A stretch of DNA of 64,000 nt from Rhodothermales bacterium. GTDB taxonomy: Bacteria > Bacteroidota > Rhodothermia > Rhodothermales > VXPQ01. Made by a program: the position numbers and the translations under genes. Positions 44,182 through 53,979 of this stretch are shown here, one piece after another (the first letter of the stretch is position 1; every line of letters begins with the position of its first letter). The stretch lies in NCBI GenBank assembly GCA_965223485.1, contig OZ244993.1, positions 177,438-241,437 on the forward strand. Direction: 5' to 3'. The notes beneath the pieces were generated by a model. The model was not told the DNA's origin and searched no databases. It saw only the letters and a list, made by a program, of their open reading frames with translations.

Positions 44182-44841
44182 TTATCTCTCCTTTTTCGCT
44201 TCCGCAACGCTCCGGCACAGCATGCGCGCGTTTTCTGTCAGCTTGCCGAAGGCGCCTTCTGCGATCGCCAGCTTGTCCAGCAAGGAAGACCCTACGCCCA
44301 CTGCGACGGCCCCGGCGCGAATCCAGTCGCCCGCATTCTCCGGGGATACTCCCCCGGTGGGCATCAATTTCAGGTGGGGCATGGGCGCAAGCACCGCCTT
44401 GAAATACGGCATCCCCACCACGCCGGAAGGAAACACCTTGATTACGTCGGCCCCGGCCTCGGTGGCTTCGAGAATTTCCGTGGGGGAAAAAGCGCCCGGC
44501 ATCACAGGCACACCCCGTTCGTGGGCAGCATCTATGAGCTCCTTCTTGTACACCGGGCTCACCACATACCGCGCGCCGGCGTCGACAGCCCGGTGCACGC
44601 CCGCTGCATCCAGCACGGAACCCACTCCGATCTCTACATCGCCCATGCTGCCGGCCACCTCCGTGATCGCCTGCAAGGCGCCCGGGGTCGTCATGGTGAT
44701 TTCTATGGCGGTAACCCCTCCTTCCCGGATAGCGTCCACGACGCGGAGCACATGCGCAGCGTCGGGCAAACGCACCACAGCCACCACGCCGGTGGCGAGG
44801 ATGCGCTTCAGAATCGCTTCGCGGCGGTGTACGGCGGACAT
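44182..44841 (-). CDS. eda: 2-dehydro-3-deoxyphosphogluconate / 4-hydroxy-2-oxoglutarate aldolase.
   Basis: The ATG at 44841 gives MSAVHRREAILKRILATGVVAVVRL...GVTAIEITMTTPGA...GVGSVL...DVIKVFPSG...MPTGGV. This is KDPG-aldolase family architecture of typical length (219 aa). Confidence 0.8.
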   Translation of the reverse strand: MSAVHRREAILKRILATGVVAVVRLPDAAHVLRVVDAIREGGVTAIEITMTTPGALQAITEVAGSMGDVEIGVGSVLDAAGVHRAVDAGARYVVSPVYKKELIDAAHERGVPVMPGAFSPTEILEATEAGADVIKVFPSGVVGMPYFKAVLAPMPHLKLMPTGGVSPENAGDWIRAGAVAVGVGSSLLDKLAIAEGAFGKLTENARMLCRSVAEAKKER

Positions 44842-44884
44842 ACGCTGAACTCGCTGAATTTTCGGATGCAAAACCGGGGCATAT

Positions 44885-45017
44885 CGCGCAAGACATTGCG
44901 TGTTCGTATCCGGAAGTGCGCAAGACATTGCGCGTCCATATCCGGAAGTGCGCAACACATTGCACGTTCATACCCCCTAAAGCGCGCGGCGCGAAAGCGC
45001 AAGATACGGCCTTGCGC
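44885..45017. repeat. Three tandem 32-bp units, each carrying the palindrome GCGCAA-N4-TTGCGC, plus a fourth site GCGCAAG-N7-CTTGCGC. Candidate operator array.
   Basis: Read directly: cgcgcaagacattgcgtgttcgtatccggaag / tgcgcaagacattgcgcgtccatatccggaag / tgcgcaacacattgcacgttcatacc..., then agcgcaagatacggccttgcgcc. It lies in the divergent eda / TonB-receptor intergenic region. Confidence 0.6.
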
Positions 45018-45201
45018 CGGGAACCGGAAGAGATATACCTGCAAGATGCACTATCACGCTTGACCCAAAAACAAATTTGTCTTACATAACTAATTATAGG
45101 AACCTTCGGCATCGCAGTAGTTTTTTTGCACAGCCGCAAACTCTATCCGGATCCATCGCGGAAACGGCTCTTCAACAACTCCGCCAAAACGTATACGAGC
45201 C

Positions 45202-47862
45202 ATGCAGAAACACACCCGATACCTCGTTGCAGGATTTTTTGCCTTCCTGCTCGCAGCCTGCGCCGGAAAACCCGCCATGGCGCAGCAGATCATTTCCGGA
45301 ACCGTGCTCGACGCGGTCACCGAGGCCCCCCTTGCCTCGGCAAACGTAAGCATCGTGGACACCGCGCTCGGAACATCCACGGATGGAGAAGGGCGGTTTT
45401 CGCTTGAGGTAGACGCCCTGCCAGTAACGCTTTCCGTGCGGTTTGTGGGATACATCCCCATGAGAATCCAGGTCGAAACCGGAGACCCTGTTACGTTGCG
45501 CCTCCAGCCCGAAGAGATTCTCCTCGAGGACCTGGTGGTGGTTGGATCCCGCCTCGACCCCCGGACCGTGATCGACTCCCCGGTCCCCGTGGACAATATC
45601 AAGGCCGCCGATCTGCTGGCCACCGGGCAGATCACGTTCGACAAGATGCTGGCCTATACGGTCCCGGCGTTCAACTCCACGCAACAGACCGTTTCGGACG
45701 CCACGGCGCACTTCGACCCCGCGGACCTGCGCGGGCTGGGGCCGAGCCGCACGCTGGTGCTCGTCAACGGGAAGCGAAAAAGCTACAGCGCCCTCGTCTA
45801 CATCAACGATACGCCCGGCAAAGGCGAAGTAGGCGTGGATATGAAGAGCATTCCCGCTGCGGCCATCGAACGGGTCGAAGTGCTGCGCGACGGCGCCTCC
45901 TCCCAGTACGGCTCCGACGCTATTGCCGGCGTAATCAACGTAGTGCTCAAGGATGACGTGGGACGGACAGACGTGCATGTTTTCTCGGGCGGTACGACGC
46001 AGGGAGACGGCGAAACGATCGGATACGATGTCAATACGGGCTTTGCGCTGGGCAACAGGGGCTTCCTGAACCTGACCCATTCCTTCTCGGATCGTAAGGA
46101 AACCCAGCGCGCAGGCGTACCGTGTGGGGGCAACGCGGACATTGCCACTTGCGACGGGCTTTTTGGTGGCTTGCTGGGTCTGGTCAACACCCCCGAAGCA
46201 CAGGCCTGGGTACGGGCCAATCCCGACCTCGGTATGCGCGTAGGCGCCCCCAACATGACAACCGCCGACATTTTCTACAACGGCGCGGTGCAGGTTGCGG
46301 ACAACACGGAGGTCTACGGATTCGGCGGACTCACCTGGCGCAAGGGCCTGAGTTACGCGCTGCACCGGGCGCCCTACTGGATTCCGGACCCGCATAATGT
46401 CTACCATGCTCCGGGTACGACGTACCAGGGATTCCACCCGACGTTCGAAACGTGGATCCTCGACAAGACGTTTGCCCTCGGCGTCCGCGGGCAGGCGAGA
46501 GGATGGCGATTCGACCTCAGCGACACGCAAGGCAGTAACAAGGTAGACTACCTGGTGGACGAGTCACTGAATACGGATCTCGGGGCGCAAACCCCTGTGC
46601 GCTTCGACGTGGGCGGCTACGAATTCCGAAACAATGTCGTCAACCTCGATATGTCCAGGCGAATGAACCGGTTGCATGTCGCGATCGGATCTGAATTCAG
46701 GACGGAAAACTTCGTGGCCAATGCCGGCGAGGATGCTTCCTGGGCCGGTTCGGGGACCCAGTCCTTCCCTGGCCTCCAGCCGCAAAACGAGGTGGACGAA
46801 ACGCGCTACAATATCGGCGTGTATGGAGATGTCGGACTGGACGTCAACGAACACCTGCTGGTCGGGGGGGCGCTTCGATTCGAGAATTACAGCGACTTCG
46901 GGAGCGACGTATCCTGGAAACTCAACGGCCGGCATCGTCTTGGAGATATGGGGTCCCTGCGGCTTTCCGCATCCACCGGCTTCCGCGCCCCATCGCTGCA
47001 CCAGATTTACCTAAGCAACATCCAGACACTGTTATCCGGCGGCACCGTGTCGAACCAGGGCACGTTCAATAATGCCAGCCCGGCCATCAAGGCGCTGCAA
47101 ATCCCTTCCCTGAAGCAAGAGAATGCGTTCAACGTCACCGCCGGCATCGCCTTGCAACCCGTTCCCGGCCTGTACCTTTCCGTGGATGCGTACATGGTGA
47201 ACGTGGATGACCGCATCGTCTACACGTCGAGTATTGCATCAGGCGATCCGAACACGGCCGTGGGAAAAATCCAGGAGCAGTTCAGCATCACCAGCCTCAA
47301 ACTGTTTACCAACGCGGTCAATACGCGGACGCAGGGACTGGACCTCGTCATGCAGTACGAGTTCGAAACGTCCGTCGGGGAATGGAGCATCCAACTCGGG
47401 GGCAACGTGAACAAAACCGAAATCGAGGGGCAAATCGCTACGCCTGCTCCTATCGCCGCAGCGAATGTGGACATCTTCGACCGGAAGGAACAATCGCGGA
47501 TTCTTTCCGCCCGGCCCGGCGACAAGATCATTGCCGGGGTGCGCTACGAAGCGGGCAGGGTGCGGGCAACGCTGAATAATACGCGGTTCGGGACGGTTAC
47601 CTGGCAGCATGCAAGCGATCCGGATAAGGATCAGACGTTTTCCGCCCGGATAGTTACAGACCTTGACGCGGAAATCCGGGTTCGCCCGCAGATTCGCTTC
47701 GGCATATCGATCCACAACCTGTTCGATGTCTATCCGGATGAAATCGACACCAAGGGCGACCCGCTTACCAACCTCGGCGGGCGGTTCCGTTATCCCTGGG
47801 AAGTGAACCAGTTCGGGTTCGACGGAACCATCATCATGGGCAGTGTGCGGGTCACGCTGTAA
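45202..47862 (+). CDS. TonB-dependent outer-membrane receptor with an N-terminal CarboxypepD_reg-like domain.
   Basis: Signal peptide ...KPAMA/QQ. ISGTVLDAVTEAPLASANVSIVDTALGTSTDGEGRFSL is the carboxypeptidase-regulatory-like fold typical of Bacteroidota SusC-like receptors. The plug motif VEVLRDGASSQYGSDAIAGVINVVLK is present, followed by a long beta-barrel. Confidence 0.88.
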   Translation: MQKHTRYLVAGFFAFLLAACAGKPAMAQQIISGTVLDAVTEAPLASANVSIVDTALGTSTDGEGRFSLEVDALPVTLSVRFVGYIPMRIQVETGDPVTLRLQPEEILLEDLVVVGSRLDPRTVIDSPVPVDNIKAADLLATGQITFDKMLAYTVPAFNSTQQTVSDATAHFDPADLRGLGPSRTLVLVNGKRKSYSALVYINDTPGKGEVGVDMKSIPAAAIERVEVLRDGASSQYGSDAIAGVINVVLKDDVGRTDVHVFSGGTTQGDGETIGYDVNTGFALGNRGFLNLTHSFSDRKETQRAGVPCGGNADIATCDGLFGGLLGLVNTPEAQAWVRANPDLGMRVGAPNMTTADIFYNGAVQVADNTEVYGFGGLTWRKGLSYALHRAPYWIPDPHNVYHAPGTTYQGFHPTFETWILDKTFALGVRGQARGWRFDLSDTQGSNKVDYLVDESLNTDLGAQTPVRFDVGGYEFRNNVVNLDMSRRMNRLHVAIGSEFRTENFVANAGEDASWAGSGTQSFPGLQPQNEVDETRYNIGVYGDVGLDVNEHLLVGGALRFENYSDFGSDVSWKLNGRHRLGDMGSLRLSASTGFRAPSLHQIYLSNIQTLLSGGTVSNQGTFNNASPAIKALQIPSLKQENAFNVTAGIALQPVPGLYLSVDAYMVNVDDRIVYTSSIASGDPNTAVGKIQEQFSITSLKLFTNAVNTRTQGLDLVMQYEFETSVGEWSIQLGGNVNKTEIEGQIATPAPIAAANVDIFDRKEQSRILSARPGDKIIAGVRYEAGRVRATLNNTRFGTVTWQHASDPDKDQTFSARIVTDLDAEIRVRPQIRFGISIHNLFDVYPDEIDTKGDPLTNLGGRFRYPWEVNQFGFDGTIIMGSVRVTL

Positions 47863-47882
47863 CCACCTGCGTGCGGCCGGCG

Positions 47883-48266
47883 CTACGCCCGCAATCCCGG
47901 CGACAGGGCGACCCCGACCGTATCGATCGCTCCCTCGCGGCGGAATATGCTTTCGCTGGAGGGGCGGTCGAGCGTCAATCCGTCCAGGATGCGGGTGGAG
48001 CCGTCCCGGTCCGCGATATGTAACCCTGCCCGCTCAGCCACACGATAGACGAAGGGCGTCTGGCAACAGGTGAAGGCCAGCATCATGGCCAGTGTGGCCG
48101 TAAGCGTCAACGAACTGACAGCCCAGCCAAGCTCCAGTTTGGTCAATGTAAACTGCTGCTCAATGAAGCCTACGACGCCCGAGATGACGGAGGCGTCGAA
48201 GCCCATCAGAAAGCCCCCAAGGGCTACGATCAGGGCGGTCCGGGTTATGTAGCTGCGATCAGGCAC
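47883..48266 (-). pseudogene. N-terminal fragment of an MFS sugar-porter-family transporter (only TM1-TM2 recognisable).
   Basis: TALIVALGGFLMGFDASVISGVVGFIEQQF...LGWAVSSLTLTATLAMML matches the start of XylE/GalP-type sugar:H+ symporters. After ~65 aa the similarity is lost and the ORF ends at 127 aa. Confidence 0.6.
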
Positions 48267-48370
48267 GGCATGTCCCTTTTAAATTTTTTGCGCCCCTTAA
48301 CATATCTCCCCTTCCAGCGGCATTCAAGTTTTCCGGCGATATGCCGAAAAGAAGAGGATAAGAACCCGAC

Positions 48371-51043
48371 TTACCCAAGATATTCGAGGTTCCTTCGCAG
48401 TCGGGCAATGTCTGCGGCGGCATCCTGCTCCTTTCTGCGCTCCCGTTCGACCACCTCGGGCTGCGCTCTCGTAACGAACTGTTCGTTCTGCAACTTCCGG
48501 CGCACGCTGTCGAGGAAACGTTCCTTTTGCGTGACCTCCTTGCGCAGGCGCTCGCGTTCCACATCGAGATCAATGATCCCGGCCAGCGGAACGAACACTT
48601 CGCACGGACCGGCAACATGCGAGGCGGCGCCGGTCGGGCGCGCAAGATCGCTGCCCACGGTCAGGGTGCGCACCCGGGCCAGTTTCCGGAAATAGTCCGC
48701 GCGCGCCGCCAAGGCCGCGCCAATTGCTTCCGCATCGGGGGAAACATGCACCAGCGCCTCGATCTCCGCACCGGGCGCCACCCCATACTCGCTTCGGATG
48801 TTGCGAATGCCGGATACAATGTCCTGTATCAGGTCGAACGTAGCAGCAGCGTCGCGGTCCATCAGGGAAATGTCCTGCTCGGGCCAGGGCGCCGTCATGC
48901 AGCAGGCCCCCTCCTCCCGGGGCTGCAACTGCGCCCACAACTCCTCGGTGATGAACGGCATGAACGGGTGCAGCAGCCGGATCATCGCATCGTAGAGTTC
49001 GATGGCGAGCGCCAACGTTTCCTCATCCGGCTCCTCGCCCGGCGCCGGCTTAATCAGTTCGAGATACCAGTCGCAATAATCCTTCCGGAAAAGATCGTAT
49101 ATCCGGCCTAGCGCCTCGTTGAGGCGATAGCGCGCCAGCACGCCGTTCACCTCCTCGATCGCAGCGTGCAGCCGGTGCAGCATCCACCGCTCCACCAGTT
49201 CCAGTTCCTCGAAAGAGCGGGTCCGGCGGTACGTTTTCCCTGCTTCCATGAACCGCCCGAACACCTTGAACGCATTCCATATCTTGTTCGCAAAATTGCG
49301 GCCCATCTCGAATTTCGTCGGGTCCAGCCGGATGTCCTGTCCCTGGGCGCACAAGATGACCAGCGAGAAGCGGACGGCATCGGCGCCGTACCGGTCGATC
49401 ATATCCAGCGGATCTATACCGTTTCCGAGGCTCTTCGACATCCAGCGCCCCTGCTTGTCCTTGATCATCCCCGTAATGAAGATGTCGCTGTAGGGCGGCT
49501 CGCCCATGAAGCGGCATCCCGCCATAATCATGCGGGCGATCCAGAAGAAAAGAATGTCGTATCCGGAGACGAGCACCTGCGTGGGGTAGAAATACGCAAG
49601 ATCCTCCGTCTCCTCCGGCCATCCCAGCGTGGCGAACGGCCACAACCACGACGAAAACCAAGTGTCGAGCACATCCTCGTCCTGCACCATGCCGGGAGCA
49701 GGCCGGTCCACCGAAACGACATACCCGCGCCGTTCGTCGATCTTGCCGTCCTCCCCGGCATGATACCAGACAGGGATGCGGTGCCCCCACCAGAGCTGCC
49801 GCGAGATGGTCCAGTCCCGGATGTTTTCCATCCACCGGAAATACTCGTTCTCCCAGCGCTTCGGGTGAAACGTGACCTTTCCCGTGCGAACCGCTTCAAT
49901 GGCCGGTTCGGCCAGCGGCGCCATTTTCACAAACCATTGCCGGGAAATGAGGGGTTCGATAATCGTCCTGGACCGGCTCGACACAGGTACCGTGCCTTTC
50001 ATGGCCTCTATCCTGACAAGCAGCCCTTCCGCCTCCAGGTCCGCCACCACGCGATCGCGGGCGGCAAAACGATCCATGCCCTCGTACACTCCCCCCTGCT
50101 CGTTGATCGCCCCGTCGGGCCGGATCACATTGATGACTTCGAGGCCGTGCCGCCGCCCGATCTCGAAATCGTTCCGGTCGTGGCCGGGCGTGACCTTCAG
50201 CGCCCCGCCGCCGAAATCCATCTTGACATACTCGTCCGCAATAACGGGAATCTCCCGACCCGCAAGCGGAAGCACCACCTTCTTCCCGATGAGGTCGGTA
50301 TAGCGCGGATCGTCGGGATGTACGGCGACCGCCGTATCCCCCAGCATCGTTTCCGGGCGGGTCGTGGCGACCGTAATCGCGCCGGAACCGTCCGCCAGCG
50401 GATAATCGATATACCACAAGTGCCCTTCCCGCTCCACATTGTCCACTTCCTCGTCGGACAGAGCCGTTCGGTTTTCCGGGTCCCAGTTGACCAGATAATC
50501 CCCCCGATAGACCAGTCCTTCTTCGTATAGACGCACGAACACTTCCTGCACCGCCCGCGTGAAGCCCTCGTCCATCGTAAACCGCTCTCTGCTCCAGTCG
50601 CACGAGTCTCCGAGGCGGCGTTTCTGTTCGAGAATCCTGCCGCCGTATTCGTGCTTCCACGCCCAAACGTGCTCGACGAAACGCTCGCGGCCAAGATCGT
50701 AACGAGTCTTCCCCTCTTTGGCCAGCTCCTGCTCCACGACATTCTGCGTTGCAATGCCGGCATGGTCCATGCCCGGCATCCAGAGCGCTTCGTAGCCCTG
50801 CATGCGCCGGAGGCGCGTCACGGCGTCCTGAATGGTATCCTGCAGCGCATGCCCCATATGCAGCGCGCCGGTCACATTGGGGGGCGGCATGACAATGACA
50901 TGCGGCGGCTTGCCGGAATGCGGCTGGACCCGGAAGAGATCGCTCTCCTCCCACCAGGCATACCATTTGGCTTCAATCTCGGCGGGACGGTACGCCGTAC
51001 TGCGATCGACTTGCTCCTTGCGGGACGTTTCCTTCGTAGACAT
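48371..51043 (-). CDS. valS: Valine--tRNA ligase.
   Basis: 890 aa with the class I HIGH motif (PPPNVTGALHMGHA), a KMSKS-type motif (GRWMSKSLGN) and a C-terminal coiled coil. It is collinear with ValRS. Confidence 0.95.
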   Translation of the reverse strand: MSTKETSRKEQVDRSTAYRPAEIEAKWYAWWEESDLFRVQPHSGKPPHVIVMPPPNVTGALHMGHALQDTIQDAVTRLRRMQGYEALWMPGMDHAGIATQNVVEQELAKEGKTRYDLGRERFVEHVWAWKHEYGGRILEQKRRLGDSCDWSRERFTMDEGFTRAVQEVFVRLYEEGLVYRGDYLVNWDPENRTALSDEEVDNVEREGHLWYIDYPLADGSGAITVATTRPETMLGDTAVAVHPDDPRYTDLIGKKVVLPLAGREIPVIADEYVKMDFGGGALKVTPGHDRNDFEIGRRHGLEVINVIRPDGAINEQGGVYEGMDRFAARDRVVADLEAEGLLVRIEAMKGTVPVSSRSRTIIEPLISRQWFVKMAPLAEPAIEAVRTGKVTFHPKRWENEYFRWMENIRDWTISRQLWWGHRIPVWYHAGEDGKIDERRGYVVSVDRPAPGMVQDEDVLDTWFSSWLWPFATLGWPEETEDLAYFYPTQVLVSGYDILFFWIARMIMAGCRFMGEPPYSDIFITGMIKDKQGRWMSKSLGNGIDPLDMIDRYGADAVRFSLVILCAQGQDIRLDPTKFEMGRNFANKIWNAFKVFGRFMEAGKTYRRTRSFEELELVERWMLHRLHAAIEEVNGVLARYRLNEALGRIYDLFRKDYCDWYLELIKPAPGEEPDEETLALAIELYDAMIRLLHPFMPFITEELWAQLQPREEGACCMTAPWPEQDISLMDRDAAATFDLIQDIVSGIRNIRSEYGVAPGAEIEALVHVSPDAEAIGAALAARADYFRKLARVRTLTVGSDLARPTGAASHVAGPCEVFVPLAGIIDLDVERERLRKEVTQKERFLDSVRRKLQNEQFVTRAQPEVVERERRKEQDAAADIARLRRNLEYLG

Positions 51044-51124
51044 CGTTGTTTCGGACAGATAAAATGCTCCGTGCGCTCCTCGAAATATCCGCCCGGAATA
51101 TACGTTCTTTCGCCTGCTCGTCTA

Positions 51125-52321
51125 CTACCCTGCCCGATTCGACCCGGCGATTTCGGCGTCGTAGCGGACGCGAATCTCCGAAAGACTGTCCCCACCGAAC
51201 TTTTCCAGAAATGCATTGGCGATCACCAGCGCCACCGTGGCCTCCGCAACGGTCGAGGCCGCCGGCACGGAGGTAACGTCGCTTCGCTCGTACCGGGTTG
51301 GCTGCGCAGCGCCCGAAGCCACGTCCACCGTATCGAGCGGCTTGATGAGCGTAGGAATGGGCTTCATGTAGCCGCGGACCACGATGGGCATGCCGTTCGA
51401 CATGCCGCCTTCCACACCGCCTGCATGATTGGTGCGCCGGGAAAAACCTTCCCCGTCGCCGACGATAGGGTCGTGCACCCGCGATCCCGGACGCGCTGAG
51501 CCGGCCACTCCGTCACCGATCTCGACCGCTTTCTGGCCCTGAATGGACAGGATGGCCTGCGCCAGGCGCCCGTCGAGCCGCCGGTCCCAGTGCACATACG
51601 AACCGAGCCCCGCAGGAACGCCCGATACGATCACTTCATAGGCGCCGCCCAGCGAATCCCCCTGCTGCTTCGTCGCATCGATATGCTCGATGCACTGGCG
51701 GGTGAGCGCCGCGTCCAGCATGCGCACTTCGCTCGCATCGGCGGCCTCGCTCACCTTCTCGGCCCCTTCGCCGAGAAGCTCCGCTACCCTATCCGCCCCG
51801 TCTCCCGGGCGCCCCACTTCCCCGATGCGCACCACATGGCTGCCCACCTCGATACCGAACTGGGCCAGGAATTGCCGTGCAAGGGTGCAGCACGCCACGC
51901 GCATGGCCGTCTCGCGCGCACTGGCCCGGTCGATGACGGGCCGGATATCGTCGAAGCCGTACTTCTGCAAGCCGGTCAGGTCTGCATGGCCCGGTCTCGG
52001 CAGCGTCACCTTTTCCACGCCTTCTCCCGTGCCGGTCAAAGCCATGACCTCGGGCCACCCGGAACGGTCCTTTCGGTAGGCCGCATTGTCGAGGCGCAAT
52101 GCGATGGGGCTTCCCATCGTTCTGGAAAAGCGGACACCCGAATAGATATGTATCCGGTCCCGTTCGAACTTCGCCCGGCCTCCCCGCCCGTAGCCCTGCC
52201 AGCGCCGGGCCAGTTGGCGGTCGATATCGTCGGGCGCAAGCGGTACGCCCGCCGGCATTCCTTCGACGATCCCCACAAGCGCCTCGCCGTGCGATTCCCC
52301 CGCCGTCAGAAAACGTATCAT
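51125..52321 (-). CDS. aroC: Chorismate synthase.
   Basis: The ATG at 52321 gives MIRFLTAGESHGEALVGIVEGMPAG... AroC signatures are present throughout (398 aa). The start abuts the htrA stop. Confidence 0.92.
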   Translation of the reverse strand: MIRFLTAGESHGEALVGIVEGMPAGVPLAPDDIDRQLARRWQGYGRGGRAKFERDRIHIYSGVRFSRTMGSPIALRLDNAAYRKDRSGWPEVMALTGTGEGVEKVTLPRPGHADLTGLQKYGFDDIRPVIDRASARETAMRVACCTLARQFLAQFGIEVGSHVVRIGEVGRPGDGADRVAELLGEGAEKVSEAADASEVRMLDAALTRQCIEHIDATKQQGDSLGGAYEVIVSGVPAGLGSYVHWDRRLDGRLAQAILSIQGQKAVEIGDGVAGSARPGSRVHDPIVGDGEGFSRRTNHAGGVEGGMSNGMPIVVRGYMKPIPTLIKPLDTVDVASGAAQPTRYERSDVTSVPAASTVAEATVALVIANAFLEKFGGDSLSEIRVRYDAEIAGSNRAG

Positions 52322-52323
52322 AA

Positions 52324-53931
52324 TCACCGGGGAACTTCCATTTCGTAAAACGCGGCGCTGCCGTCGCGCCGGCGTACTTTGACGAGCACCCATTCTCCCG
52401 AACGGGTCGCCCGGCTCAATGCGCGCAACGCCTGACCGGGAGAGCCGATATCCCTCCCTTCGATCTGCACGATCGCTGCATCCCTCGGCAACCCGGCCTC
52501 GCCTGCCGGACTACCGTGCTCGACCCAGGCGACATACACGCCTTCCTCTATGTCGAAATCCCTGGCCTCCTCCGCAGTAAGCTCCCGCAGGCCAATACCC
52601 CAATCCCCCAACGCATAGATGCTCTCGCGTTCTCCCGGGGAAGGAGAGGGTTCGGGAACGGGAGACTCTTCGGGCAGACGCGGTTCCCTTTCGAATTGGC
52701 CGAACCATGCCGTATACGCCGGAGCGTCGCGGGGCTGTAATTCCACCGGGAGTTCGCGAACCTCGCCATCCCGCCACACCTGTACGATCAACATATCTCC
52801 CGGACGTCTGCGCGCAATCATACTCTGCAACTCGTTGGAGGCATTCACTGTGCGATCGTCCACCGACAAGATGACGTCCTCGCCGCGCATTCCGGCAAGG
52901 GCTGCCGAGCCGTTATTCGCAACCCCGGCGATATACACGCCGCGAATCCGGTCCATACCGAGCCGGCGCGCCAGCACCGCGTCCACGGTCCGGATACGCA
53001 CGCCCATATACCCCCGCTGCACTTCTCCATACTCGATAAGGTCGCCGGCGACACGCGCCACCAGATTGACGGGGACTGCGAATCCGTACCCTTCGTACGA
53101 CCCGGTCTCGGTGGCGATGGCTGTGGAAATACCCACCAACTCGCCGTTCAGATTGACGACGGCCCCTCCCGAATTACCGGGATTGATGGCGGCGTCGGTC
53201 TGAATAAAATCCTCGATCCCGAAATCGTCCTCGATGATATTCACCTGGCGGCCCGTAGCGCTGACGATCCCCGCCGTAACGGTCGAAGTAAGCCGGAACG
53301 GATTGCCCACGGCAAGCACCCACTCGCCCGCATGCAACCCGTCGGAATCGCCGAATAAGATTGCAGGGAGATCCTCGCCGCCTTCTATTTCGAGCACGGC
53401 AATATCCGTGGAGGGGTCGGCGCCCACGATCCGGGCATCGAACGCGCGCTTATCGGAAAGGGTCACCCGGACGCGTTCCGCATGCTCCACCACATGGTGA
53501 TTCGTCACCACATACCCCTGCGGGCTGATCAACACCCCGCTCCCTACCGCTTCCTGCGACGGATCTCTCCGGAAAAAGCGCCCCTCTTCGTCCTCGAAAT
53601 CGTGATACCGATCCCCTGTGAAGGGCGCCTCCACCTCTATGTAAACCACCGAGGGCGTGACCCGGTCGGCTACCTGGCGAAATACCCGATTCAGGGCAGT
53701 GATGTCAGGCAGTCGTTCCAGCGAATCCGCAACCGGAATGTCCGATGGCGTATACGGACGACCCAACTGGATGCGCTCCACCATGCGCGTTTGCCGGGGA
53801 AGGGCACGCTCGTTAGCTCCCGTGACCAGCACCCACAAAATGCCCACTGCAAGCCCGACCAACACCAGTCCAATGCCGATCAGGACATGGATACTCGTAC
53901 GCAATCGCTTGTCGAGTCGTTTGTCGGTCAT
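52324..53931 (-). CDS. htrA: HtrA/DegP-family periplasmic serine protease with two PDZ-like domains.
   Basis: N-terminal TM anchor. Catalytic triad context VVTNHHVV, DIAVLEI and NPGNSGGAVVNLNGELVGI. Two C-terminal PDZ-like segments. Confidence 0.88.
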   Translation of the reverse strand: MTDKRLDKRLRTSIHVLIGIGLVLVGLAVGILWVLVTGANERALPRQTRMVERIQLGRPYTPSDIPVADSLERLPDITALNRVFRQVADRVTPSVVYIEVEAPFTGDRYHDFEDEEGRFFRRDPSQEAVGSGVLISPQGYVVTNHHVVEHAERVRVTLSDKRAFDARIVGADPSTDIAVLEIEGGEDLPAILFGDSDGLHAGEWVLAVGNPFRLTSTVTAGIVSATGRQVNIIEDDFGIEDFIQTDAAINPGNSGGAVVNLNGELVGISTAIATETGSYEGYGFAVPVNLVARVAGDLIEYGEVQRGYMGVRIRTVDAVLARRLGMDRIRGVYIAGVANNGSAALAGMRGEDVILSVDDRTVNASNELQSMIARRRPGDMLIVQVWRDGEVRELPVELQPRDAPAYTAWFGQFEREPRLPEESPVPEPSPSPGERESIYALGDWGIGLRELTAEEARDFDIEEGVYVAWVEHGSPAGEAGLPRDAAIVQIEGRDIGSPGQALRALSRATRSGEWVLVKVRRRDGSAAFYEMEVPR

Positions 53932-53979
53932 GGCGCAACAATCCTCGTGGGCCTCGCGAAAGGGTCATGGAAAACCCGA

